Assembly (NCBI GenBank): GCA_038842485.1
Contig: JAWBSP010000006.1
Location: forward strand, 1 to 55,301
Source of the DNA: Candidatus Hadarchaeales archaeon
Lineage (GTDB): Archaea > Hadarchaeota > Hadarchaeia > Hadarchaeales > JAWBSP01
Length of the DNA: 55,301 nt
Direction: 5' to 3'
Shown piece by piece: positions 18,589 to 27,613 of this stretch. The notes under the pieces are model-generated. The model did not search any database, was not told the origin of the DNA, and saw nothing but the letters and a program-made list of their open reading frames with translations. Positions within the stretch are counted from its first letter, which is position 1. The number at the start of each line of letters is the position of its first letter. The position numbers and the translations under genes were made by a program.

Positions 18589-19221
18589 TCAGACCAGCTT
18601 TTTTATCTCGTCCGGGGTGAGGAAGCTGACCCCCGCAGAGGTGATGGTCGCGGCCCTTATTTCGTTTCCCGTGGCGATATCCCTCCTCATGGCTATCCTC
18701 ACCGCGTTGACCGCTAGGGGGAGGGCCTCCTCAACCTTCATCCCCTCACGATACTCCTTCTCCAAGATCCCATAGGCGGTGGGGGATCCGGACCCCGTTG
18801 CGGTCATCCTCTCCTCCGTCAGGGTGCCGTCAAGGTCGATGAAGAAGAGCCTGGGACGGGAGTCGTACCCGCCCACCAAGAGGTTGACGATGTAGGGAAA
18901 GAGGTACTGCGAGTTGAGGAGCAGGGACGCTATCCTCGAGAGCGGGAGAACCTCGATCTCCCTCCCCTCGCGCGCGCGGTAGAGTCCCGCCTCTGCGGTG
19001 AGGACTTCAACCAGCTTCTCGGCATCCCCGACCGCCCCAGCCACGGTGACCGCTATGTGTTCGCTAATTTTGTAGATCTTCCTCGCCTCCTTACTGGCGA
19101 TCAGGTACCCAGCCGTGGCCCGGGAGTCGCAGGCCAGAACCGTTCCATCGCTACACACAAGACCCACGGTGGTGGTGCCTCCAAACTTCTTTATTTTTTC
19201 CTCTGGTTTCAAATCAGACAT
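18589..19221 (-). CDS. psmB: Proteasome beta subunit
   Basis: Propeptide then G/TTTVG catalytic Thr, DSRATAG, ATGSGS, RDIATG. Confidence 0.95.
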   Translation of the reverse strand: MSDLKPEEKIKKFGGTTTVGLVCSDGTVLACDSRATAGYLIASKEARKIYKISEHIAVTVAGAVGDAEKLVEVLTAEAGLYRAREGREIEVLPLSRIASLLLNSQYLFPYIVNLLVGGYDSRPRLFFIDLDGTLTEERMTATGSGSPTAYGILEKEYREGMKVEEALPLAVNAVRIAMRRDIATGNEIRAATITSAGVSFLTPDEIKKLV

Positions 19222-19304
19222 TCTAGAATCCTTGACTCACCGTCTCCCTATAAAAGTCATCCGCCGCCCCGCCCCGCCCCAAGCGATCGGCAAAAGTGGT
19301 TTAG

Positions 19305-19593
19305 TGCACACGTGTGCAGTATTCAACTTGAACTCGAACCATTTCAGGCCCGACCCTTCGAAGCGCTTCAGCAGTTCCCTAAATCGTGAAGAGTTATTTT
19401 CCCTTACAAGATAGACCGAGCCACCAATCTTGGCCCAGCTTTCCGGTGGCAATTCACCAAGAAGGTTTTGGAGCCGCGCATAGAATCACCGCCTGCTCCT
19501 GGCTCTCTGGCGCAACTCCCAAGTGAACAGAACCCACCCACAATCCTGTACACGTGTGCACAATCGCAAGGAGCGCACGTGTACACGTGTGCA
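19305..19593. repeat. Cluster of 14-bp palindromic TGYACACGTGTGCA motifs
   Basis: TGCACACGTGTGCA at 19305-19318; TGTACACGTGTGCA at 19547-19560 and 19580-19593; overlapping inverted copy GCGCACGTGTACA at 19573-19585. Confidence 0.85.
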
Positions 19594-19700
19594 GTCAGCA
19601 CCGAGGACGTTGCCGTGCTAGCGAAATCAATTGCATGGACTCGTCACAGAAAAACGTGCGGGTTGCATCCGCCGCTTCAAACCTTCCCGTTAGATAGAGG

Positions 19701-20702
19701 ATGGGGGAGGCCGCCGTGTCTCAGGAACCCAAACGGATTTTTGAGCACCTGGACAAGCTCGCGTACGAGATTGGTCCCCGTCCGGCGGGGAGCAGGGGGG
19801 AGAGGCTGGCCCGCGAGTACGTGCGCGAAACCCTCCGGAAGCGCGGGCTGGAGGTGAAGGTGGTGGAGTTTAGCTTTTGGTTTCCCTCGTCCCACCTGTA
19901 TCTAGCACCCGTCTTCCCCGCGCTCCTGTTCGTTCTCTCCCCCTCCGCCGTTTTTCTGCTGTGGTTGTGTTTTTTGCTCTTCATCTTCTCTAAGAGGGTC
20001 AGGTCCGCCGATGTGCTAGGAACCTGCAAGGGGAGGCCGATTTTGGTCCTGGCCGCCCAGCTCGACTCCGGACCTCCTGCTGTGAGGGCCCTTTCACTCT
20101 TGGCCCCATACCTCCTTTTCCTTACGGTTCCCCTTTTCCTCAGGTTGTGGCGGACTTTTTCCCTCTGGCCGCTCCTCCCCCTCTGGGTTGTGCCCCCCCT
20201 GTGTTTTCGGGCCTTGAGAAACCCATCCTCTCCCGGGGCGAACGATGCCTCGGGGCTTTCGCTACTTCTTGAGCTTTCCGAGGTGCTGAGGGGGAAAAGA
20301 ATTTGGTTTGCGGCCTGCGGTGCCGTGGAGCGCTCCAGAAACGGGGTGAAGGCCATCACCAAGGTTCTCCCCAAGCAGGTTCCAGTCCTATGTTTGGAGA
20401 GAGTGGGAAGAGGCAGCTCCCTAGTGCTGAGGGGGTCCCAGCGGCTTTGTCCGACGGGAGTACAAAACGTGAGGGTTTCCTTCCCCCAGAAAACGGACAT
20501 GTGCTACCCCCTAATTTCGGCGGGTTTTGTCGCCGCCTCCTTGACGTTTGATTCTCCCCATCAGGATACTGCCGAGGATCTCCCAGAGCATCTTTCTATA
20601 AAAAGTCTGGAGATGGCCGGTGCGGCTGTTCTAAAATTGGTTGGGCAATTAACTGATGCATCCCTCGAAGCAGATTCTGGGAAGCAAGGGGACGGGACTT
20701 AA
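19701..20702 (+). CDS. Membrane-anchored M28 peptidase-like protein, probably catalytically degenerate
   Basis: IGPRPAGSRGE and internal TM segments. Metal motifs read LAAQLDS / GANDASG / GAVE rather than AHxDS / GAxDNASG / GxEE. Confidence 0.65.
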   Translation: MGEAAVSQEPKRIFEHLDKLAYEIGPRPAGSRGERLAREYVRETLRKRGLEVKVVEFSFWFPSSHLYLAPVFPALLFVLSPSAVFLLWLCFLLFIFSKRVRSADVLGTCKGRPILVLAAQLDSGPPAVRALSLLAPYLLFLTVPLFLRLWRTFSLWPLLPLWVVPPLCFRALRNPSSPGANDASGLSLLLELSEVLRGKRIWFAACGAVERSRNGVKAITKVLPKQVPVLCLERVGRGSSLVLRGSQRLCPTGVQNVRVSFPQKTDMCYPLISAGFVAASLTFDSPHQDTAEDLPEHLSIKSLEMAGAAVLKLVGQLTDASLEADSGKQGDGT

Positions 20703-21861
20703 AGGCAGGAAGATCGTGCTGGGGATATGCGGGAGCGTTGCCGCCTCCCTTTCCCCCGCCGTCGCCCGTGAACTCATGAGAAGGGGTGCGGAGGTCAGGG
20801 CAGTCATGACCCCCAGCGCCTGCAAGCTGATTTCCCCCCAGCTCATGCACTGGGCCACGGGGGGGCCTGTGGTCTGCGAGCTGACGGGGGAGGTCGAGCA
20901 CATCCAGCTGGCAGAGTGGGCGGATCTCCTCCTTATAGCCCCCGCAACGGCCAACACCCTCAGCAAGATAGCATGCGGGATTGATGACACTCCTGTGACC
21001 TCTGTTGCCTCTGCCATGCTAGGAAGGAAGCCCCTTCTCTTGGTTCCAGCCATGCATGCCTCCATGTACCAAAATCCGGCCGTTTGCGAGAACCTAAAGA
21101 AACTTCAGGGGATGGGGGTTCACCTGATGGTCCCAAAAATCGAAGAGGAGAAGGCCAAATTCCCCAGACCCGAGGAGATCGCAGACGAGGTGGAGAGGCT
21201 ACTCGGGCCCAAGGACATGCAGGGACTTAGGGTGATTGTCACGGCGGGTCCGACCATCGAGCGAATAGACCCGATAAAGATCATCACCAACCGGAGCTCG
21301 GGAAAAATGGGTATTGCTCTCGCGGAGGTGGCAAGAAGGAGGGGGGCGGAGGTTGTCTTGATTTATGGGCCTGGAACGGAACCTGCGCCTAGCGGGGTGA
21401 AGGTGGTTAGGGTGGAGACTACCGAGGAGATGAGGCGTGCGGTGGAGAGCGAGGCACGGCAGGGAGCAGACATGGTTTTCTTTGCCGCTGCACCCCAAGA
21501 TCTCATGCCGGAGCGGAGATTCGAGAGGAAGCTTCGGAGCGGAGAGGTCGTCGAGGTGAGGCTCGTCCCGGCTCCAAGGGTTTCGGGCGAGGTGAGGGGA
21601 CTGCTTCCCCAGGCGGTTCTGGTGGCGTTCAAGGCGGAGTATGGGGTGGGGGAGGAGGAACTTCTTCTGGCGGGGAGGCGAAAACTCGCAGAGGGGTTCG
21701 ATCTGGTGGTGGCGAACGATGTTTCGAAGGAGGGGCTCGGGTTCGGCTCGGACTGGAACGAGATCCTGTTGGTTGGGGCTTCGGGGGAGAGGAGGCTGAG
21801 GGGGAGAAAAACCGAGCTCGCAGAAGCGATCGTTGAAGAGGCCCTCAGGCTCAGAAAGTAG
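20656..21861 (+). CDS. coaBC: Phosphopantothenoylcysteine decarboxylase/ligase
   Basis: GSVAA, IAPATANT, PAMHASMY, TAGPTIERIDP, NRSSGKMG, VANDV. Confidence 0.95.
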   Translation: MHPSKQILGSKGTGLKGRKIVLGICGSVAASLSPAVARELMRRGAEVRAVMTPSACKLISPQLMHWATGGPVVCELTGEVEHIQLAEWADLLLIAPATANTLSKIACGIDDTPVTSVASAMLGRKPLLLVPAMHASMYQNPAVCENLKKLQGMGVHLMVPKIEEEKAKFPRPEEIADEVERLLGPKDMQGLRVIVTAGPTIERIDPIKIITNRSSGKMGIALAEVARRRGAEVVLIYGPGTEPAPSGVKVVRVETTEEMRRAVESEARQGADMVFFAAAPQDLMPERRFERKLRSGEVVEVRLVPAPRVSGEVRGLLPQAVLVAFKAEYGVGEEELLLAGRRKLAEGFDLVVANDVSKEGLGFGSDWNEILLVGASGERRLRGRKTELAEAIVEEALRLRK

Positions 21862-22768
21862 GCGCTGGGTTTTCGTCCCGGGGCACATCTCGGGTTTCTT
21901 CCAACCCTTTTTCCACCCCTCTCCTGCCAGAGCCGGCTCTAGGAACTTTGGACCGTGTACCTCGGTGGGTGTGTGGACAGGGGTCAGGAAGGGAAAGGGG
22001 GTGAGGATTCTGGTGAACGGGAGGGAGTTCCAGCCAGAGCCCACCCTGAGGATCCTTAAAAAACTGGGTGTCACGGGAGTTAAGATCGAGCACCTCTGCG
22101 AGGTTCCACCGGGGACAGGATTTGGGGTGAGCGCAGGCTGGGCGCTGGGGACGGCTTTAGCGGTCTCGAGGGCTTTTGGACCCGCTCTTCCAAAAGGAAG
22201 GTTGGTCTCACTCGCACATGAGGCCGAGGTTGAGAGTGGTACGGGCTTGGGGGACGTGGGCGCGCAGAACAAGGGCGGGGTTGTCCTGGGGCTCGAGCCT
22301 GGTGCTCCCCCCTACGGAAAGTGGAGAAGACTGCCAGTCAGGGGTTTCAGGCTTCTCTGCGCGGTTCTCGGCGCGCTCTCGACAAAGGGCCTGCTCGGGG
22401 AGGAGGAATTCAGGAGGAAAGCCAGCAGACTAGGGGGGGAGGCGGTGAGGGCAGTCATGGCCAGACCGAGCCTGAAGACGGCCATGGAGTCCAGCCTGAG
22501 GTTCGCCGAGGGGCTGGGTCTCCTTGATTCGGAGCTCAGGGAACTGATTCACCTCTGCCAGCGGGAGGGGGTCATGGCCAGCCAAATAATGCTCGGGAGG
22601 GGCATCTTCTCCTTCGTTCGCCCGGAGAAGGTGGAGAAGGTGAGGAGGGTTTTGGGGGGCGTGGTGGGGGAGGATAGGGTTCTGGTCTGCGAGATTGGGG
22701 GTCCCGCCCGCTTTACAGGTGCTCCTCGTGGCAGAGTCTTTCCAGCGGTATCCTTTCAGGGGCCCTAG
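21833..22768 (+). CDS. Pantoate kinase (GHMP family)
   Basis: FVPGHISGFF, PPGTGFGVSA, AHEAEVESGTGLGDV; directly follows coaBC. Confidence 0.88.
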   Translation: MKRPSGSESRRWVFVPGHISGFFQPFFHPSPARAGSRNFGPCTSVGVWTGVRKGKGVRILVNGREFQPEPTLRILKKLGVTGVKIEHLCEVPPGTGFGVSAGWALGTALAVSRAFGPALPKGRLVSLAHEAEVESGTGLGDVGAQNKGGVVLGLEPGAPPYGKWRRLPVRGFRLLCAVLGALSTKGLLGEEEFRRKASRLGGEAVRAVMARPSLKTAMESSLRFAEGLGLLDSELRELIHLCQREGVMASQIMLGRGIFSFVRPEKVEKVRRVLGGVVGEDRVLVCEIGGPARFTGAPRGRVFPAVSFQGP

Positions 22769-23234
22769 GTCTCTCGGCGGGCTTTCCGATGGGGATGATG
22801 GCCACCGGTCTTATTCCCCTGGGTGCACGGATAACCTTGGCAACCGCCTCATCGTCGAAGGCCCCAATCCAGCAGGTGCCGTAGCCGAGTGAGTGGGCAG
22901 TTAGGAGGAGGTTCTGGATGGCGGCGGCAGTGTCCTGCAGGCAGTACATCTGCTCCCCCCTCCTCCCGTACCTGCTTGCGGACCTCTCCAGGTTGGCGCA
23001 GACCACCACGACCACGGGAGCCTCGGTCAGGAAGTACTGCCCGTATGCGGCATCTGCCAGTGCCTCTTTTCCCTTCTCGCTCCTGACGATCACGAACTCC
23101 CAAGGCTGGCAGTTGCCCGCGCTGGGGGCCATGCATGCCGCTTCAAGCATAGTTTTGAGGTCTCGTTCGGGCAGTGGGTCGGGCCTGAAACTCCTGATGC
23201 TTCTCCTCTCGCTGATCGCCTTCAGGAGCTCCAT
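22713..23234 (-). CDS. Nitroreductase family protein
   Basis: RRSIRSF, APSAGNCQPWEF, GYGTCWIGAF. Confidence 0.92.
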   Translation of the reverse strand: MELLKAISERRSIRSFRPDPLPERDLKTMLEAACMAPSAGNCQPWEFVIVRSEKGKEALADAAYGQYFLTEAPVVVVVCANLERSASRYGRRGEQMYCLQDTAAAIQNLLLTAHSLGYGTCWIGAFDDEAVAKVIRAPRGIRPVAIIPIGKPAERPRAPERIPLERLCHEEHL

Positions 23235-23262
23235 CCCTTTTTCCTTTCCCGCTGAGTAAAAG

Positions 23263-23505
23263 ATGTACAGACCTGAGCTGGATGCCCTCCTTCAGCGGGC
23301 TTTTCAGGCCTTGGAGGACAAGGTGAAGGACGGACCCCTCACGGATGAGGACCTGAGGACCGTTTTTGAAATTCACATCGCCCCGCGGCTCCAGAGGATG
23401 GGTGTCAGCGAGGGGTTTGAGAAAAGACAGCTGGAGGATCTCATTTATTCCAAGCTCAGGGACAGATCCAAGCAGCTGAATTCCGAGCACTGGCAGCGGG
23501 TCTGA
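23263..23505 (+). CDS. Small hypothetical helical protein, first gene of the Ku operon
   Basis: 80 aa with host-like codon use; TGATG overlap with the next gene. Confidence 0.65.
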   Translation: MYRPELDALLQRAFQALEDKVKDGPLTDEDLRTVFEIHIAPRLQRMGVSEGFEKRQLEDLIYSKLRDRSKQLNSEHWQRV

Positions 23506-23765
23506 TGGCGGTGAGGGATGTCATCAGGTGGCTGGGGGAGAGCGAGCACGCCAAGAAGGTCTTCGAGGAGATAGGGAAAGGAAGGATTGGTGCCATGGAG
23601 CTGGGGAAATCCCTGGGCATGAAGTGGTGGCTGCTCAGGCACATTCTGGAGGAGCTGAAAGAGGAGGGGCTCGTGACCGAGGAGGAGGATGGGTACGTCC
23701 TCACCCAAAAGGGGGAGGAGGTGAGGGAGATTCTGGGCTCGTTGGAGAAGGTGAAGGAGGTTTAG
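23505..23765 (+). CDS. Small winged-helix DNA-binding protein
   Basis: ELGKSLG...LEELKEEGLV...YVLTQKG wHTH pattern. Confidence 0.72.
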   Translation: MAVRDVIRWLGESEHAKKVFEEIGKGRIGAMELGKSLGMKWWLLRHILEELKEEGLVTEEEDGYVLTQKGEEVREILGSLEKVKEV

Positions 23766-24572
23766 ATGCCCAAGGCCATTTTCAAAGGGAGCATCTCCTT
23801 CGGTCTGGTGAACATCCCCATCCGCGTTTACCCAGCGGTTAGGGAGCGGACGGTGGCTTTCAAAACTCTTCACCAGAAGTGCCACACCCCCCTCCAGCAC
23901 AGGCGCTGGTGCCCCAAGTGCAACCAGGAGGTCCCTCTAGCGGAGGTGGAGCGCGGATTCCCGCTCTCCAAGGATCTGGTGGTGCCGATAACCGAGCAGG
24001 AGCTGGAGGCGCTTCAGCTCAAAACGATAAAGATGATCGAAATCCAGGGCTTCACCGATAGCGCCGAAATAGATCCGCTCTATTTCGGCTCAACCTATCT
24101 GCTCGAGCCCGAGGAGGGCGGGGAGAAAGCCTACACTTTGCTGAGGGAGATCCTCTCAAGGGTTGGTAGGGTGGCGATAGGGAGGGTGGTGATGAGAAAC
24201 AAGGAGTACGTGGTTGTCATCCGCCCCTATCAGAAGGCACTGCTCATGGTCACCCTTCACTACCACGAGGAGCTCACGAAGCCGGAGGAGCTGGAGAACC
24301 TGAAAAAGGTGGTGGTGGTTAGGGAGCAAGAGCTTCAGTTGGCCCAAGCGCTCATCCAGCAGCTGGCTCAGGAGTTCAGGCCCGAGGAGTTCCAAGACAG
24401 GTACAGGCAGGCGGTCTTGGAGTTGGTTAAGAAGAAGGCCGAGGGGGAGGCAATTCCCCTCCTTAGGGCGAAAGAAGTGGGGGCGACCGTGGATCTGATG
24501 AAGGCGCTGGAGGCTAGCTTGGAGGAGGCCAAGAAGAGGAAAGCCCTTCAGACCCAGGCCCAAACAGCCTAG
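23766..24572 (+). CDS. ku: Ku protein (prokaryotic NHEJ end-binding)
   Basis: KGSISFGLVNIPIRVY, IDPLYF, YLLEP, AIGRVVMR, FQDRYR, VDLMKALEASL. Confidence 0.95.
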   Translation: MPKAIFKGSISFGLVNIPIRVYPAVRERTVAFKTLHQKCHTPLQHRRWCPKCNQEVPLAEVERGFPLSKDLVVPITEQELEALQLKTIKMIEIQGFTDSAEIDPLYFGSTYLLEPEEGGEKAYTLLREILSRVGRVAIGRVVMRNKEYVVVIRPYQKALLMVTLHYHEELTKPEELENLKKVVVVREQELQLAQALIQQLAQEFRPEEFQDRYRQAVLELVKKKAEGEAIPLLRAKEVGATVDLMKALEASLEEAKKRKALQTQAQTA

Positions 24573-25538
24573 TTGCAGCCGCTCAACTGGATGGAGGCAA
24601 AGCTCAGCCCCATGCTCGCCCACTCGGCGGAGCCCTTCGACTCCCCGGAGTTTGTCTTCGAGCCCAAGTTCGATGGAACGCGCTGTCTTGCGTTCGTTGG
24701 GGAGGGGCTGAGGCTCCAGAACAGGAGGCTGCTGGACATCACTGGGCGGTACCCCGAGCTGGCCCCCATGAGGAAGAGGGTGAGGGCGAGGGAGGCCATA
24801 CTGGATGGCGAAATCGTGGTCATGAGGGAGGGCAGGCCTGACTTTAGGCTCCTGCAGGTGAGGGAGCACGGGGAGGCGAGGAGGGAGATCCTCTCCGGGC
24901 TCTATCCCGCCTCCTACGCCTGTTTCGACCTCCTTTACCAGGACGGGGAACCGCTGGTCCACCTGCCCCTTCTGGAGAGGAAGAGAAGGCTGGCCGAGAT
25001 AATAGAGGAGGGGGAGGAAATCTTCCTCGTGAGGCATTACCCGGAGAGGGGGAGGTGGCTTTTCCAGCAGTTCAAGGAGAGGGGGTGGGAGGGCATAATG
25101 GGGAAAAGGGCTTCGAGCACCTACCAGCTGGGAAAGAGGAGCAGGGACTGGCTCAAGATCAAGGACTTCAAAACGCTCGACTGCGTCATCCTGGGCTACA
25201 CACCCGGGGAGGGGAGGAGGGAGGACACCTTCGGGGCTCTCGTTCTCGGGGCGTACAAGGATGGGAGGCTCATCTTCGTGGGCAGGGTCGGCACGGGCTT
25301 CGATGAGCCCCTGCTGAGGGAGCTGAAGGAGAGGCTGGACGGGATGAGGGGGCCCAAGCCCATCGCGGAGGAGATCCCCCTGGAAGTGACCTGGGTGAGG
25401 CCGGAACTCGTCTGTGAGGTTCAGTATTTGGAGATCACCCCAGATCTCAAGCTGAGGGCTCCCTCCTTCCGCAAACTAAGGGAAGACAAGGAGCCTGCCG
25501 AGTGCGAACTCACGCCGCCGGAAGCTACTCCACTATGA
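24573..25538 (+). CDS. ligD: ATP-dependent DNA ligase, LigD ligase domain only
   Basis: SPMLA, motif I EPKFDG, LDGEIV, FDLLY, EGIMGK, RSRDWLKIK, GRVGTGF, LRAPSF. Start is TTG 24573 or ATG 24591. Confidence 0.9.
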   Translation: MQPLNWMEAKLSPMLAHSAEPFDSPEFVFEPKFDGTRCLAFVGEGLRLQNRRLLDITGRYPELAPMRKRVRAREAILDGEIVVMREGRPDFRLLQVREHGEARREILSGLYPASYACFDLLYQDGEPLVHLPLLERKRRLAEIIEEGEEIFLVRHYPERGRWLFQQFKERGWEGIMGKRASSTYQLGKRSRDWLKIKDFKTLDCVILGYTPGEGRREDTFGALVLGAYKDGRLIFVGRVGTGFDEPLLRELKERLDGMRGPKPIAEEIPLEVTWVRPELVCEVQYLEITPDLKLRAPSFRKLREDKEPAECELTPPEATPL

Positions 25539-25752
25539 GAGCAGTTTCAGTGCTCTGGACCCCGCCAACCTTCTGAATCCCGTTGACCACCGTTTCTCCC
25601 AGCTTCTTCACGTCCTCTGCCTCAACTAGGACCACTAGGTCGAACCTCCCCGTGGTGGCGTAAACCTCGCTCACCCCCTTGACCTTCCGGATTTTGTCTG
25701 CAATTCCAAGCGCCTTTCCAGCGGCTGTTCTAACATATACCAGCGCTCTCAT
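25525..25752 (-). CDS. Stand-alone Lrp/AsnC ligand-binding (RAM) domain protein
   Basis: GVSEVYATTGRFDLVV...GVQSTET; no HTH. Confidence 0.85.
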   Translation of the reverse strand: MRALVYVRTAAGKALGIADKIRKVKGVSEVYATTGRFDLVVLVEAEDVKKLGETVVNGIQKVGGVQSTETALIVE

Positions 25753-25807
25753 CCTTATTTCAGCTTTTTAAATAAAGCCAAAAGGAGAGTCGGAAACTTT
25801 CTTGAGA

Positions 25808-25879
25808 GGGCCCATAGCTCAGTGGTAGAGCGCTCGCTTCGCAAGCGAGAGGTCGCGGGTTCGAATCCCGCTGGGTCCA
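25808..25879 (+). tRNA. tRNA-Ala(CGC)
   Basis: GGGCCCA/TGGGTCC acceptor stem with G3:U70, CTCGC-TT-CGC-AA-GCGAG anticodon arm, GGTTCGAATCC. Confidence 0.96.
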
Positions 25880-25926
25880 CCTTCCCCTGTAGTTCGGTAG
25901 TTTAGTTTGGGGACAAAATTTCTAAT

Positions 25927-26004
25927 GCCCCGGTGGTGTAGCCCGGTCAATCATACAGCCCTTTCGAGGCTGCGACGTGGGTTCAAATCCCGCCCGGGGC
26001 ACCA
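25927..26004 (+). tRNA. tRNA-Glu(TTC)
   Basis: GCCCCGG/CCGGGGC acceptor stem, CAGCC-CT-TTC-GA-GGCTG anticodon arm, GGTTCAAATCC, encoded CCA. Confidence 0.96.
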
Positions 26005-26443
26005 AATTTCAATTTAAACTTAGCTCCCTTTGATTGCGTTTTCCCAGTATTCTTCTGTTTTCCAATAGTGCGCTTGTCCAAAACTCTCTGGCCGCGTTTG
26101 GAAAAGCGGGGAGGCTTTTACTGTGGTAAGAAAGCGAGAAGTGCTACCCCCGATAAACCGAAACTCGAGGTTCGCTGGCTGAAAAAGGACAGCCATTCAT
26201 CCTTGAGTTTGACCCTCAACTTCGTCCTGTTGCTATTGCCACTCTTTTGGGCTTGGCCAGATGAGCGCAGAGCGTACTCACCAAAACACTCACCAGAGGT
26301 TATTGAATTAGTTCTTTTCGCTTTGCTCTTCTCCACGCTGGGCCATATACTCAACCAACTCTCGAATGCTTTGCGCCTGCATCTTCATCACGCTCGTGAA
26401 GGTGTTACTTCGCCACTATTTCAGCTCGGGGGCGAAGTGGTGA

Positions 26444-27607
26444 ATGAGGGCGAGAAGGGCCCTGGCGGCGATCACGCTCCCCCTCCTGGCGTACTTTCTC
26501 ACGGTCCTCTCGCTGGGTCTCTTCTGGTCCTCCGTTGAGGATCTCTCCCTGTCCATTTTTGTCTCCGTGACCTCGGGGATACTGGCCGCGGCGTGCATCG
26601 GGAAGGTGGCCTTCTCGAGGGGATGGGTGGGGGACAGGAAAAAGTTCCTCTCAGGGTTCGGGGTGGCTGCAGCGGTGGTTCTCGCCGTGCTCTGGGCGCC
26701 CTGCATCTACTTCATTCTCAGACCGGAGGCCTTCCCGAAGTGGGTCTCCACGGTTCTCTTTGTGCTCGCCCCCGTGGCAGCCGTTGGGGCGGGGCACAGG
26801 TTCTCTGGAAAGGGTGCGGTAATGGGTGGGGTGAGCCTCCTGCTCGCCTTCAGCATGACCCTTCTGCCCGTGGTCATCGCCACGGAGTCGGAGGTCTGGT
26901 TCATGATACAAGGGTACTTTTATTACCTGGGGGATCCCGGGAAGTCCCTAGAGAACTCCAACCCGATGGAGAACGTCATGATCTCCTTCATGCTTCCATC
27001 CATCGTTGACAAGCCCCCTGACACACCGCAGAAGGTCTCTAGCGACTGGTTCTTGCTCTACATTGACAACCACGGGATCGAGAACCTAGACAACCTAGAG
27101 GAGGTGGAGGCGAAGATCTTCATGGCACCCGTGAGCCTAGTTTACCAAGAGAGGCCGACGGGGTTCTTGCTCGGCCTGACCAACCCCAGTGGCACCCGAC
27201 CAGCTGTGCTACCGAGGAACTCACCACCAGTCATATTGAAGAGATGGATGGATGTTGAATATGCGGAAAGTGATCCCGTTCCAGTAGTTTCTATGGTGGT
27301 GGACAGGATCTGGCCAGGGGAGGTGTTCTCGATCCGTGCGGTGGCAGGCCCTTTCCCCGCGAGGGAGGCCAAGAATATTTCCATTGTTAGGCCTTATGGA
27401 GACAACCAGTGGGGATATGCTGGATATACGGAGGAGTTTCCGTTTCCTCCCCCCCCACCAGGATCCTATCTTATGAACCCGAAGATACATAGGGTGGCGT
27501 TCAGGGAGGTTCTTTACCAGCTGAGGGACTACATCCCCGAAGAACTCATCGACTCAGTTCAAGAAGTCGCCTGTGATTCATCTGGCTTGTATGTCTTACA
27601 TCCCTAA
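26444..27607 (+). CDS. Hypothetical protein: about 5 N-terminal TM helices plus a soluble C-terminal domain
   Basis: 387-aa ORF; hydrophobic N-terminal ~150 aa; no family recognised. Confidence 0.65.
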   Translation: MRARRALAAITLPLLAYFLTVLSLGLFWSSVEDLSLSIFVSVTSGILAAACIGKVAFSRGWVGDRKKFLSGFGVAAAVVLAVLWAPCIYFILRPEAFPKWVSTVLFVLAPVAAVGAGHRFSGKGAVMGGVSLLLAFSMTLLPVVIATESEVWFMIQGYFYYLGDPGKSLENSNPMENVMISFMLPSIVDKPPDTPQKVSSDWFLLYIDNHGIENLDNLEEVEAKIFMAPVSLVYQERPTGFLLGLTNPSGTRPAVLPRNSPPVILKRWMDVEYAESDPVPVVSMVVDRIWPGEVFSIRAVAGPFPAREAKNISIVRPYGDNQWGYAGYTEEFPFPPPPPGSYLMNPKIHRVAFREVLYQLRDYIPEELIDSVQEVACDSSGLYVLHP

Positions 27608-27613
27608 ATCCAA

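Noticed and set aside
16320-19221. sepF / aCPSF1 / psmB neighbourhood as a novel system
   Set aside because: psmB-aCPSF1 linkage is a common conserved archaeal arrangement.
19321-19452. ORB-like TTCAACTTGAA (19322) and TTCCGGTGGCAA (19441)
   Set aside because: Short imperfect matches without G-strings or an AT-rich unwinding element; not enough to call an origin.
26068-26440. Short ORFs between tRNA-Glu and the membrane protein gene
   Set aside because: No coherent protein features; possibly a decayed fragment, but not supportable.
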